DNA of 64,000 bases, taken from Candidatus Eiseniibacteriota bacterium. GTDB lineage: Bacteria; Eisenbacteria; RBG-16-71-46; CAVPCR01. Every line of letters starts with the position of its first letter. The first letter of the stretch is position 1. A model generated the notes under the pieces. That model was not told where the DNA came from, made no database searches, and saw only the letters and a program-made list of their open reading frames with translations. A program made the position numbers and the translations under genes. The DNA lies in contig CAWGMA010000001.1 of NCBI GenBank assembly GCA_963823555.1, positions 1,024,001 to 1,088,000 on the forward strand, read 5' to 3'. Below are positions 1-9,057 of this stretch, piece by piece.

Positions 1-2
1 TC

Positions 3-2177
3 ACGGATACCGGCAACGCGCTCGCCACCGACACCTCGGACGCCGTGTTCACGATCGCCGAGCAGGGCAGCAACCTGCCGCCGATCTGCGATGCGGGTGG
101 ACCCTATTCGGCCCTCGTCAACACGGCTGTCAGCTTCGATGGCAGCGGTTCGAGCGACCCCGACGGCACGATCACCTCCTACGCGTGGGATTTCGGCGAC
201 GGCTCGAGCGGGACCGGGGTCGCCCCGACGCACACCTACACGACGACCGGGACCTTCACCGTCGAACTCACCGTGACCGATGACCTGGATGCCTTTTCGA
301 CCTGCTCGGCCACGGCCACGATCACCGGGGAGAACCAGGCGCCCACCTGCGATGCGGGTGGCCCGTACACGGGTACGGTCGACATCGCCATCACGTTCGA
401 TGGCACCGGTTCAAGCGACCCCGACGGCACCATCACTTCCTACGCCTGGACCTTCGGAGATGGCTCGAGCGCGACCGGCGCCACACCGACCCATGCCTAT
501 GCTGCGGCCGGATCGTACTCGGTCGGACTCACGGTGACCGACAACGAAGGCGCCTCCTCGACCTGCACGACGACGGCGAATGTCACCGGTGGCGTGAACC
601 TGCCACCGGACTGCGACGCCGGCGGTTCCTACGCGGGTGTCGTCGGTTCGGCCATCAACTTCGACGGCCGGGATTCGAACGATCCGGACGGGAACATCGT
701 GTCCCACGCCTGGGACTTCGGCGACGGGTCGACGGCGACGGGGGCGACGGTGTCGCACGCCTACGCCACGACGGGAACGTTCACGGTGAGCCTGACCGTC
801 ACCGATGACGACGGTGCTTCCTCGACCTGCACGACGACCGCCGAAGTCGGCGAGGCCCCGACCGGGGTTCGCGTGGCGCTCCCGCCGCGTAGCTTCGGAT
901 CCCCCGGCGCGGACGTGGCGATTCCGGTCTTCGCCATCGATGACCTGACCGGGCTCGGCATCATCGCGATGGAGTTCGAGATCCGCTACAACCCGCACGT
1001 GCTGGTGGCCCAGGGTCTGCAGTTCGCGGGGACGATCGGCGAGGGCGCCACCTTCGAATGGCGCGTCGATCACCGCAGTCCGAGCGAGGACATCCTCCAC
1101 GTGGCGATGGCGTGGACCGAGCCGCTCGCCGACTGTGGCGAGATCGTCTACGTTCTCTACCAGGTATCCCCGGGCGACGCGAACCCGCGCACGCGGCTCG
1201 AGTTCTGGGCCCTCTTCAACGAGGGGGATCCCGCGGCGAACGCGCATGACGGGGAGTTCATCAAGGGACGCATCGGCGACGTCAACGGCTCGGGCCAGGT
1301 GTCGGCGATCGATGCCACGCTCGTTCTCCAGGAGACGGTTGGGATCATCCGCTTGCCCGATCCCAGCTATCCCTACTTCGTGCTCGAGATCGCGGACGTT
1401 TCAGGTAACGGCGAGATCCGTGCCTACGACGCCGCTCTCATCCTCCAGTACGTGCTCGGGATCATCGATCACTTCCCGGCGGAGGAGCAGTACCAGCTGG
1501 CGTGCGACCCGGGCGGACGGCATGTCGCCACCCGCGGGCCGGAGACCATGCGCACGCTCAGTCTCGAATGGGTGACGCCCACCGAGGCGGCTCTCTTCCT
1601 GGATGACGGCGCCGGAGTGATCGGGGCCGAGGCACGAATCGCCTTCGATTCGGGTCTCGCTCCGGACATCGAGATCCTGACCCAGCCTGGCGGTGGTGTC
1701 CTGATCGAGAGCGCCGCCGGCGACGGGTACGTGGATCTGGCCACGGTCATCGCCCGGCCCACTTCGGGCCGCACCGAGCTCGCTCGCATTCGTTTCGCGA
1801 GCGAGGTCACCGGTGCGCGCATCGAGAAGCCGAGCCTGAACGAAGGCCTGATCCCGGTCGTGATCACGAACGCACCGTTCTCCGGGGTGCCCGGCGCCGG
1901 TGCAGTGGTCCTCGCCCAGAACCGCCCGAATCCGTTCAACCCGGCGACCGAGATCAGCTTCTCGCTCGCCGTGGGTGGTCGGGTCGAGCTGGCCGTCTAC
2001 GACCTCTCGGGGCGGCGGGTGCGCTCGCTCATCCAGGGCGAGCTCCCGGCGGGTCCGCACGCCGCGCAGTGGAACGGTCGGGACGATACGGGCGCGCCCA
2101 TGGCGGCCGGCGTGTACCTCTACACGCTCGACGCGGCGGGAACGACGACGACCCGGAAGATGATCCTCCTCAAGTAG
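3..2177 (+). CDS. 5'-truncated secreted surface protein: 3 PKD repeats, cohesin-like domain, dockerin, C-terminal FlgD-Ig/T9SS-like domain
   Basis: Frame is open from the window edge. Three PKD repeats (FDGSGSSDPDGTITSYAWDFGDG...HTY...VELTVTDD), dockerin duplicated Ca loops (GDVNGSGQVSAIDA / ADVSGNGEIRAYDA), and a C-terminal QNRPNPFNP...VYDLSGRRVR...WNGRD...GVYLY...RKMILLK. Confidence 0.85.
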   Translation, partial: TDTGNALATDTSDAVFTIAEQGSNLPPICDAGGPYSALVNTAVSFDGSGSSDPDGTITSYAWDFGDGSSGTGVAPTHTYTTTGTFTVELTVTDDLDAFSTCSATATITGENQAPTCDAGGPYTGTVDIAITFDGTGSSDPDGTITSYAWTFGDGSSATGATPTHAYAAAGSYSVGLTVTDNEGASSTCTTTANVTGGVNLPPDCDAGGSYAGVVGSAINFDGRDSNDPDGNIVSHAWDFGDGSTATGATVSHAYATTGTFTVSLTVTDDDGASSTCTTTAEVGEAPTGVRVALPPRSFGSPGADVAIPVFAIDDLTGLGIIAMEFEIRYNPHVLVAQGLQFAGTIGEGATFEWRVDHRSPSEDILHVAMAWTEPLADCGEIVYVLYQVSPGDANPRTRLEFWALFNEGDPAANAHDGEFIKGRIGDVNGSGQVSAIDATLVLQETVGIIRLPDPSYPYFVLEIADVSGNGEIRAYDAALILQYVLGIIDHFPAEEQYQLACDPGGRHVATRGPETMRTLSLEWVTPTEAALFLDDGAGVIGAEARIAFDSGLAPDIEILTQPGGGVLIESAAGDGYVDLATVIARPTSGRTELARIRFASEVTGARIEKPSLNEGLIPVVITNAPFSGVPGAGAVVLAQNRPNPFNPATEISFSLAVGGRVELAVYDLSGRRVRSLIQGELPAGPHAAQWNGRDDTGAPMAAGVYLYTLDAAGTTTTRKMILLK

Positions 2178-2301
2178 CGCCGGAATCTGTCAGGCCGGCG
2201 GGATGGTGACTCGCACGAGTTGCCTCCCGCCGGCCGTGACCGGCTCTCCGGCGAGACAACCATCAGCGTCGAGCCATGACTTCATGCAACCGGGAGAGGG
2301 T

Positions 2302-3018
2302 ATGACGGAGGTTGGACCGAGCTGGAAAGCGGAGGCCGAAAGCGCCATCCGGCGGCTGCCGGGAGTCGTGGGGACTCACATCCGGATGCATGGTGATCAG
2401 ATCGGTGCCATCTTCGTGCAGACCGACGGCAGCCGCGAATCCCGGCGCTTCGTGCGCGATGTGGAAGCCATCCTGGCCACCACGGCGGGGATCGAAGTCG
2501 ACTACCGCAAGGTGTCGATCGCGGCCACCCCACCGCTGCACGGGCTGGAGGGGGAGGGACGCGCGCCAGCGCTCGAGGCTCAGCCCAAGCGACCGGCGTT
2601 CGAACATGTGCGACTCAATACCTCCGGGCTACGCACGGAGGCCCAGGTCGAGCTATCGCTTGGCGATGTCCATGTCCTCGGCTCGGCCGAGGGTCCGGCC
2701 ACCCGGGGGAGCGTTCTCGAACTCGTGGCCGAGGCGTGCCTGGCTGCCGCGACCCAGCTCGTCGATGAGCCGGTCTCATTCTCGCTGGGCGGGCTCGAGC
2801 GAGTCCGGGTCGGGCGGGACGAGGTCCTCATTGTCCTCGTCCGGTTCATCCAGGGCCGGAGCGAGAAGGCTCTGACCGGCTCGAGCCTCGCCGAACAGGA
2901 CGACCTGCGCTCGGTGACCTATGCCACGCTCGATGCCATCAACCGCACGTTCGGGAGCCTCCGCCAGCGGGAGGCCGTGGAGTATGTCCTCCACTCGGAG
3001 GTGACCCAAGAGGCTTGA
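2302..3018 (+). CDS. conserved hypothetical protein (start uncertain: 2203, 2284 or 2302)
   Basis: Native codon usage; GGGAGAGGG precedes ATG 2302; globular-looking protein (RDVEAIL...IEVDYRKVSIA; ATLDAINR). Confidence 0.7.
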   Translation: MTEVGPSWKAEAESAIRRLPGVVGTHIRMHGDQIGAIFVQTDGSRESRRFVRDVEAILATTAGIEVDYRKVSIAATPPLHGLEGEGRAPALEAQPKRPAFEHVRLNTSGLRTEAQVELSLGDVHVLGSAEGPATRGSVLELVAEACLAAATQLVDEPVSFSLGGLERVRVGRDEVLIVLVRFIQGRSEKALTGSSLAEQDDLRSVTYATLDAINRTFGSLRQREAVEYVLHSEVTQEA

Positions 3019-3053
3019 CCGACCACTGCTACTCGACCTGATCCAGAACTCGA

Positions 3054-3090
3054 TATCCGGCAGGTAATGGCTTGCCGGATAGCGTTTTAT
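3054..3090 (+). terminator. putative intrinsic terminator
   Basis: TATCCGGCAGG / CTTGCCGGATA stem (one G-U) with a 6-nt loop, followed by GCGTTTTAT. Confidence 0.5.
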
Positions 3091-3196
3091 ATGGGCGACA
3101 AGTAGATTGTCGAGGCCCCGGGGAGAGGGGGAGGCGGCCGGCGGAGAGCCCCCGATTCAGCGTCGGGAACGGTCCGGGGGCCCGCGCAAAAGCCCC

Positions 3197-3226
3197 TTGA
3201 CCGGGGGGCGGGAGGCGGCTCAAGAT
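3197..3226 (+). promoter_or_regulatory. putative sigma70 promoter
   Basis: TTGACC-N18-CAAGAT upstream of the long leader and small ORF. Confidence 0.35.
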
Positions 3227-3461
3227 CCGGGCTGTTCATGGGCGCGGCTCGAGCACGATCGGATCCCGGACGATCCAATCGGGCTGGCCTCGCCTGATCG
3301 AAGTGGTGAAGCCGACATCCGATTGGCAGGTGGTAGGACGCTTTAGCGGAGCGGACCCGAGCCAGCGGAGCATCTCCCCCCGTCGAGGGCATTGCCGTGG
3401 CGATGCCGCCCGACGGCCGGACACCACGGATGGTTCATCCAAAAACAAGGAGGTGGCTCCC

Positions 3462-3527
3462 ATGTTCGCCATGATCGGCTGGTTCAATTTCATTATCGCC
3501 CTGCTTGGCGGGCGTGCAGGCTGGTAG
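3462..3527 (+). CDS. 21-aa hydrophobic peptide MFAMIGWFNFIIALLGGRAGW
   Basis: Consensus Shine-Dalgarno AAGGAGGT at 3447-3454, 7 nt before ATG 3462; TAG ends at 3527. Confidence 0.7.
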   Translation: MFAMIGWFNFIIALLGGRAGW

Positions 3528-3570
3528 TCGTTCGAGGCCGCTGTTAGTGACGTCGGCTTGCCACTAACGC

Positions 3571-3604
3571 GGCGGTCCTGGAGACGCGGGTCTCCGGGAC
3601 CGCC
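3571..3604 (+). promoter_or_regulatory. strong RNA hairpin between the peptide ORF and the HD-GYP gene
   Basis: GGCGGTCCTGGAGAC-GCGG-GTCTCCGGGACCGCC, a 15-bp stem with one G-U. Confidence 0.6.
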
Positions 3605-3712
3605 GTGAGACATCCCCCCTCCATCGTGCCCCGGGGTGGGAACAGCGAACACCCGTCGCGCCCTGGGGCTTCATTGTTGCCCCACCATGGACGCGGCCAG
3701 GAATGGGGCACT

Positions 3713-5107
3713 ATGAACGACTCTCGCGTCGCTCGCCTCTTACGTCTGGATTCCTTCCTTGCCGCCCTGGCCTCGGCGTTGGCCGCGCTCTCCGCCGGGT
3801 TCGCCGATCGCATTCGCCAGACGCTCCCGGTCCTGGCTCTCGCCTCGTGCGTCATCGCTGCTGCGACCGCGCTCCTCTGGATGACGACGCATGCCGCCGG
3901 CACGGCGGTTCCCATTCGACCCGCCCTCTTCATCTTGTGGGTTGGGCTCCTGGTCGTGACCGAGCTCACTCCGGTGCGCATGCCGCGCGGCGGGTTCATG
4001 ACGGTGTCGTCCGCGCTCGACTACGCCGCCATCATCCTCTTCGGCCCCCTCGCTGCGGCCTGGATCGACGTGGCTTCCGGCGTGGTGGCGCATGGGGTCT
4101 TGAGGCCTCGCCATCCGCTTCGTCTGGCCTACAACCTCGCCACCTATGTCCTCGCTGCCTTCGCTGCCGGCGCCGTCTATGACGGCCTCGGCGGTTCGTT
4201 CGGTTCGTTCGTGCTCAACGCGCAGAACCTGGTCGCGCTGGCCGGACTCGGCATCACCTACTTCGCCGTCAACACGGGGCTCGTGAGCCTCGCGCTGGCC
4301 GCCGAATCGGCCTCGGATCCCTGGCGGGTGTGGCAGGTCAACTACCGCTGGACGCTGCGCCACCTCGTCGCCTTCCTGCCGCTCGGCGCCCTGGTCGCCC
4401 TGGTTCATTTGACCTGGGGGTTCTCGGCGCTTGCGCTATTCCTCCTCCCGCTCTTCCTGGCGCGCCACACGTTCAGCCTCTACGTCGAGATGCGTGAGGA
4501 TCTGGTCGATTTCTCGACGGCGCTCGTCGGTGTGATGGAGGAGGTCGATCCCTATACCCGCCGGCACTCGATCCGCGTGGCCAGCTACGCCGAGCGCCTG
4601 AGTCGCGGCATGGGGCGGCCGGAACCCGAGGTCGAGAAGATCCGCCTCGCCGGACTTCTCCACGACCTGGGCAAGGTCGGACAGACGGCGGCGTTGCTGC
4701 AAAAGCCGGGGCGCCTCGATCCCGAGGAAAAGCAGCGGATCCAGACTCATCCCGGTGCCGGAGCTGACATCGTCGGCCGCATCCGTGCTTTCAGCGAGGT
4801 CGCGACCCTCGTGCGCTATCACCACGAACGACTCGATGGCATGGGGTATCCCTCGCGGCTACGCGGCGAGTCGATCCCGCTCGGATCGCGCATCGTCCTC
4901 GTCGCCGACGCCTTCGACGCCATGACTTCCGATCGTCCCTATCGCGCCGGCATGGCACCGGAGCAGGCGATCGCCGAGCTCAAGGCCCACGCCGGAACGC
5001 AATTCGATCCTGCGGTGGTCGCCGCTCTGGCCCGTCTCTGGGAGCGCAGGGAGTTCCCCGTCATCCGGCATTCCGTGGGCGACCTCGATATCCGCCTCGC
5101 CAGCTAG
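3713..5107 (+). CDS. membrane-bound HD-GYP c-di-GMP phosphodiesterase with a multi-TM N-terminal sensor domain
   Basis: DPYTRRHS, LLHDLGK, HHERLDGMGYP, VADAFDAMTSDRPYR and GTQFDP motifs; several hydrophobic helices N-terminally. Confidence 0.92.
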   Translation: MNDSRVARLLRLDSFLAALASALAALSAGFADRIRQTLPVLALASCVIAAATALLWMTTHAAGTAVPIRPALFILWVGLLVVTELTPVRMPRGGFMTVSSALDYAAIILFGPLAAAWIDVASGVVAHGVLRPRHPLRLAYNLATYVLAAFAAGAVYDGLGGSFGSFVLNAQNLVALAGLGITYFAVNTGLVSLALAAESASDPWRVWQVNYRWTLRHLVAFLPLGALVALVHLTWGFSALALFLLPLFLARHTFSLYVEMREDLVDFSTALVGVMEEVDPYTRRHSIRVASYAERLSRGMGRPEPEVEKIRLAGLLHDLGKVGQTAALLQKPGRLDPEEKQRIQTHPGAGADIVGRIRAFSEVATLVRYHHERLDGMGYPSRLRGESIPLGSRIVLVADAFDAMTSDRPYRAGMAPEQAIAELKAHAGTQFDPAVVAALARLWERREFPVIRHSVGDLDIRLAS

Positions 5108-5221
5108 TCCCGCTCGCGCCCGCCGCGCGACGCCGCCCTGACCCTGAGCCCGGAGATCCCATCGTTCGGTCCCCTGCGATCCCTGAGGACCGCCGTATCT
5201 CCGACCCCAGGGGAGTGTCCA

Positions 5222-6331
5222 ATGAGCTCGCTGTGTCCAGCCCTGGCGGAAAGCCCGACCACCGCCTCACCAGGAGCCCCGGTTCTCATCGGCCATAGCG
5301 CGGCGATGACCGCGGTCATTGCCGCCGCCACGCGCGTGGCCGCCTCCACCGCCGCCGTCCTCATCGAAGGAGAGACGGGAACCGGCAAGGAACTCGTTGC
5401 GCGCCTGATCCACGCCCGCAGCCGCCGCTCGCGCTCTCCCTTCGTGTCGCACAACGCGGGAGCCACTCCCGACACCCTGATCGAGAGCGAGCTCTTCGGT
5501 CACGCCCGCGGATCGTTCACCGGCGCCGTGCGCGATCACCGTGGGCTCTTCGCCGCCGCCGACGGGGGGACGCTCTTCCTCGACGAGATCGCCGACGTGA
5601 GCCCGCTCATGCAGGCGAAGCTCCTGCGCGTCCTCCAGGAGGGCGAGTTCCGGCGCGTGGGCGAGACGCACTCCCGCCACCTCGATGCGCGCCTCATCGC
5701 CGCCACCAACCGCCCGCTCGAGGGCGAGGTGAGCGCCGGTCGCTTCCGCGTCGATCTCTTCTATCGGCTGCATGTCGTCAAGATCACCCTGCCTCCGCTC
5801 CGCGAACGGAGCGCGGATATCCCGGCTCTCGCCGCGCACTTCGCCGCCCGCTTCGCCCTGAGCGAGGGGAGCCCGCCGATCACGCTCACGCCGCCGGCCT
5901 CGTTTGCGCTCCGCCGTTACGGATGGCCGGGCAATGTGCGCGAGCTGGAGAACGAGATCCGGCGGCTCACGGCGCTGCACGCCGGGGAAGAGGTCACAGT
6001 GCGCAAGCTCTCGGACCGCGTTCGCTCCGCGCTCGTGAGCGGAGGCTCGATCGCAGAGTCGCCCCGGGGGCGGAGCCTGGCCTCCCGGGTCGAGGCCCTC
6101 GAGCGCCGCCTCATTGCCGAGGGGCTCGTGCGCTTCGCCGGGAACAAGACCCGGGTAGCCCGCGATCTCGGACTCTCGCGCCAGGGTCTGGCGAAGAAGA
6201 TGCGGCGCTACGGGCTCCGGTGGGTGATCCCGGCGGCCAGCAGTGAGATCGGGCCGGATGAGCTCCATGCGGAAGAGCTGCGCGCGGGCGAGCTGGACCC
6301 GCTGGCGCTTGCCGCGGTGAAGGCCCCGTGA
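5222..6331 (+). CDS. sigma-54-dependent transcriptional activator (AAA+ plus Fis HTH, no N-terminal regulatory domain)
   Basis: [36 protein letters not shown] and the [17 protein letters not shown]. Confidence 0.92.
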   Translation: MSSLCPALAESPTTASPGAPVLIGHSAAMTAVIAAATRVAASTAAVLIEGETGTGKELVARLIHARSRRSRSPFVSHNAGATPDTLIESELFGHARGSFTGAVRDHRGLFAAADGGTLFLDEIADVSPLMQAKLLRVLQEGEFRRVGETHSRHLDARLIAATNRPLEGEVSAGRFRVDLFYRLHVVKITLPPLRERSADIPALAAHFAARFALSEGSPPITLTPPASFALRRYGWPGNVRELENEIRRLTALHAGEEVTVRKLSDRVRSALVSGGSIAESPRGRSLASRVEALERRLIAEGLVRFAGNKTRVARDLGLSRQGLAKKMRRYGLRWVIPAASSEIGPDELHAEELRAGELDPLALAAVKAP

Positions 6332-6446
6332 GGCGGCTGCGTGGCGCTTGCATGGACCGGGGGCTTCTCCTAACCTCTTCCAGCTTCCAGTGGCTCGAGG
6401 TGGGGCGCATGGGGCGTGACCGCCGTTCGGAAGCGGGGGAGGAGGC

Positions 6447-7454
6447 GTGGCCGAGAAGCCGCTCCTGGTCGGACTCATCGGTGCCGGACAGGTGGCCCAG
6501 GTGGCGCACATCCCGGCGTGGCAGCAGCTGCGCCCAGCGGCGCAGCTGGTGGCGGTCTGCGACGAGGACAAGGCGCGGTTGGGCGCTGTGGCGCAGAAGT
6601 TCGGGATCTCGCGCGCGGTCGCCGACTTCGAGGAGATCCTCCGCGACAAGTCGATCGCCGCTGTCGATATCTGCACACCCAATCACCTGCACGCGCCGAT
6701 GGCGATCGCGGCGCTACGAGCCGGCAAGCACGTGCTCTGCGAGCGACCGATGGCGCGGAACGGTCGCGAAGCCGAGACGATGACGAAGGCGGCGGAGAAG
6801 GCGGGGCTCACCTTGATGGTGGCCATGAACAACCGCTTTCACGACGACGCCGCCATCCTTCGTCGCTTCATCGACAAGGGGGAGCTCGGCAATCTCTTCT
6901 ACATGAAGACGGGATGGCTTCGCCGCGGCGGGAGCTATGGCTGGAAGGCGGAGCGCGAGATGTCGGGAGGGGGTGCTGTCCTCGACCTCGGCGTGCAGAT
7001 GCTGGATGTCGCCACCTGGCTTGCCGGGGATCGCAAGGTGGCTACCGTCAGCGCCCAGATTCATCATCCACGCCCCGGCTCGGTGGAGGATGCGGCCGTG
7101 GCCCTGATCCGCATGACCGGCGGCCTCGCCTTCACCGTCGAGGTGAGCTGGTCGCTCACGATCGAGCGCGACGTGGCCTACCTCCATGCCTTCGGGACGC
7201 GTGGCGCAGCCACGCTCTCGCCGCTCCGCATTCACAAGGAGCTACGCGGCAACCTCATGGACGTGACCCCGGCCGTGGCCTCGCCGAAGAACCTCTTCAA
7301 GTACTCCTATGACCGCGAGATCAGCCACTTCGTGGACTGCATCCAGAACGGCGCCAAGCAGATCTCGCCGGGGGTCGACGGACTCGAGGTGATGCGCATC
7401 ACCGATGCGATCTATGCCTCGGCCCAGAGCGGACGTGAGGTCGCGCTCGCCTAG
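6447..7454 (+). CDS. Gfo/Idh/MocA family oxidoreductase
   Basis: GLIGAG, TPNHLH, GKHVLCERP, GGGAVLDLGV. Confidence 0.9.
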   Translation: MAEKPLLVGLIGAGQVAQVAHIPAWQQLRPAAQLVAVCDEDKARLGAVAQKFGISRAVADFEEILRDKSIAAVDICTPNHLHAPMAIAALRAGKHVLCERPMARNGREAETMTKAAEKAGLTLMVAMNNRFHDDAAILRRFIDKGELGNLFYMKTGWLRRGGSYGWKAEREMSGGGAVLDLGVQMLDVATWLAGDRKVATVSAQIHHPRPGSVEDAAVALIRMTGGLAFTVEVSWSLTIERDVAYLHAFGTRGAATLSPLRIHKELRGNLMDVTPAVASPKNLFKYSYDREISHFVDCIQNGAKQISPGVDGLEVMRITDAIYASAQSGREVALA

Positions 7455-9057
7455 GGCGGCTCCGGGCCGCCCTCCCTCCAGCACGCGACTCGAGCCGGGG
7501 CTTCGCGTCGCTCTCGGCTGGCGCTTCCTTCTCTCCGCCGTGCTCGCGGCGCTCGCCTTTCCGCCGTTCCACCTGGGGCCGGTCATCCTCGTGGCCCTCG
7601 TGCCCTACTTCGATGCGGTGCGCCTGGCCGAGGGGGCACGATCGGGAAGGCGCCAGGCCAGCCTCGTCGTGTATCTCGGCGGGATGCTCCATTTCGCCCT
7701 TCTCCTCTACTGGATTCTCTTCCTGCCTGCAGAGGAAGTGACGATTCCCGGAATCATCATCCCGGCGTTCGCCCTGATGGCCGCCTATCTCGCGCTCTTT
7801 CCCTTCGCGGCTCAGGCCGCGGCCCGCCGCGGCGCCCGGCTCGGCCTCCCGATCTGGCTCACGCTCGCGGTGGCGTGGGTCGGGGCCGAGTATCTCCGCA
7901 GCCAGAGCCAGCTCGGGTTCCCCTGGGTGCTTGCCGGATACGGGCTCATCGAGACTCCGGTGCTCCTTCAGTTCTTGAGTGTGACCGGGATTTTCGGCGG
8001 CAGCCTGTTCGTCTGCCTGGTGAACGGGCTCGTGTTCGCCGCCCTTCGCGCCCGCGGTCGAGCGCGGCTCGCCTTCGCGCTCGGCGCCGTGCTCCTCGTC
8101 GCCGCGGCCGCCGGGTACGGGAGACGGGCCATCACTCACCTGGGGCTCCCGCGCACGCTCGAGGTGGCGCTCATCCAGGGCAATATCGGCCGGGCGGTCA
8201 AGTTCAAGCCCGAGCACCGGCTCGAGAACCTGGAGCGCCTGATGCAGATGAGCGAGGAGGCGGTGGCCCAGGCGCCGTCGCGCCCCGATCTCATCATCTG
8301 GCCGGAGACCGCCGCCACCTGCTACCTGAAGCTCGACCCGGGCTGCCGGCTGCGCCTGCACTTCCTGGTCGACGATCTCCAGGTGCCGCTCCTGACCGGG
8401 GCGCCGGATGTCGATCCTCGACCCGACGGGACGCGACGCTATTCGAACGCCGCCTTCGTGATCGCTCCTGGACGGGGGATCACCGGCGAGTACGCGAAGG
8501 TGAACCTCGTGCCCTTCGGTGAGGCGTTTCCCTACCAGGACCGGTTCCCGATCCTCGGGAAGATCGATTTCGGCGAGGCCGATTTCGATCGCGGCCCCGG
8601 CTTCACGCCGCTCGCGGTCAACGGCGATACGGTGGGGGTCATGATCTGCTTCGAGTCCATCTTTCCGCACATCGGTCGTGCCTATGCCCGCGCGGGAGCC
8701 GGGTTTTTCGCCAACGTGACGAACGACGAGTGGTTCGGGGCGAGCGGTGGCCCCTACCAGCACGCGGCGATGGCGGCGGCGCGTGCCATCGAGACCCGGC
8801 GCGGGCTCGCGCGGGCCGCCAACACCGGGGTATCGTTCGTCGTCGATCGCGCCGGCCGGGTTTCCCACGCGACCCGACTTTTCACCGCCGCGACGGTGGT
8901 GGCCCCGGTCGAGATCGGGGAGGGGACGACGGACTACATGCGGATCGGGGACCGGGTGCCGCAGGCCTGCCTGGTGGCGACCGTGCTGATGATGGTGTTC
9001 GGCCATCGGCGGCGACCGCGGGAGCTAGAACGCCATCTGGAAGAGCGGGATCAGTGA
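7405..9057 (+). CDS. lnt: apolipoprotein N-acyltransferase (start approximate)
   Basis: GFPW, IQGNI, IWPETA, LVPFGE, ICFES, TNDEWFG, RAANTGVS. Confidence 0.93.
   Translation: MRSMPRPRADVRSRSPRAAPGRPPSSTRLEPGLRVALGWRFLLSAVLAALAFPPFHLGPVILVALVPYFDAVRLAEGARSGRRQASLVVYLGGMLHFALLLYWILFLPAEEVTIPGIIIPAFALMAAYLALFPFAAQAAARRGARLGLPIWLTLAVAWVGAEYLRSQSQLGFPWVLAGYGLIETPVLLQFLSVTGIFGGSLFVCLVNGLVFAALRARGRARLAFALGAVLLVAAAAGYGRRAITHLGLPRTLEVALIQGNIGRAVKFKPEHRLENLERLMQMSEEAVAQAPSRPDLIIWPETAATCYLKLDPGCRLRLHFLVDDLQVPLLTGAPDVDPRPDGTRRYSNAAFVIAPGRGITGEYAKVNLVPFGEAFPYQDRFPILGKIDFGEADFDRGPGFTPLAVNGDTVGVMICFESIFPHIGRAYARAGAGFFANVTNDEWFGASGGPYQHAAMAAARAIETRRGLARAANTGVSFVVDRAGRVSHATRLFTAATVVAPVEIGEGTTDYMRIGDRVPQACLVATVLMMVFGHRRRPRELERHLEERDQ

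Noticed and set aside
76..850. CRISPR-like or non-coding repeats
   Set aside because: The repeats are the in-frame PKD domains; there is no repeat-spacer structure
3300..3440. Known c-di-GMP or c-di-AMP riboswitch
   Set aside because: Consensus elements were not found by eye; kept only as an unknown structured leader
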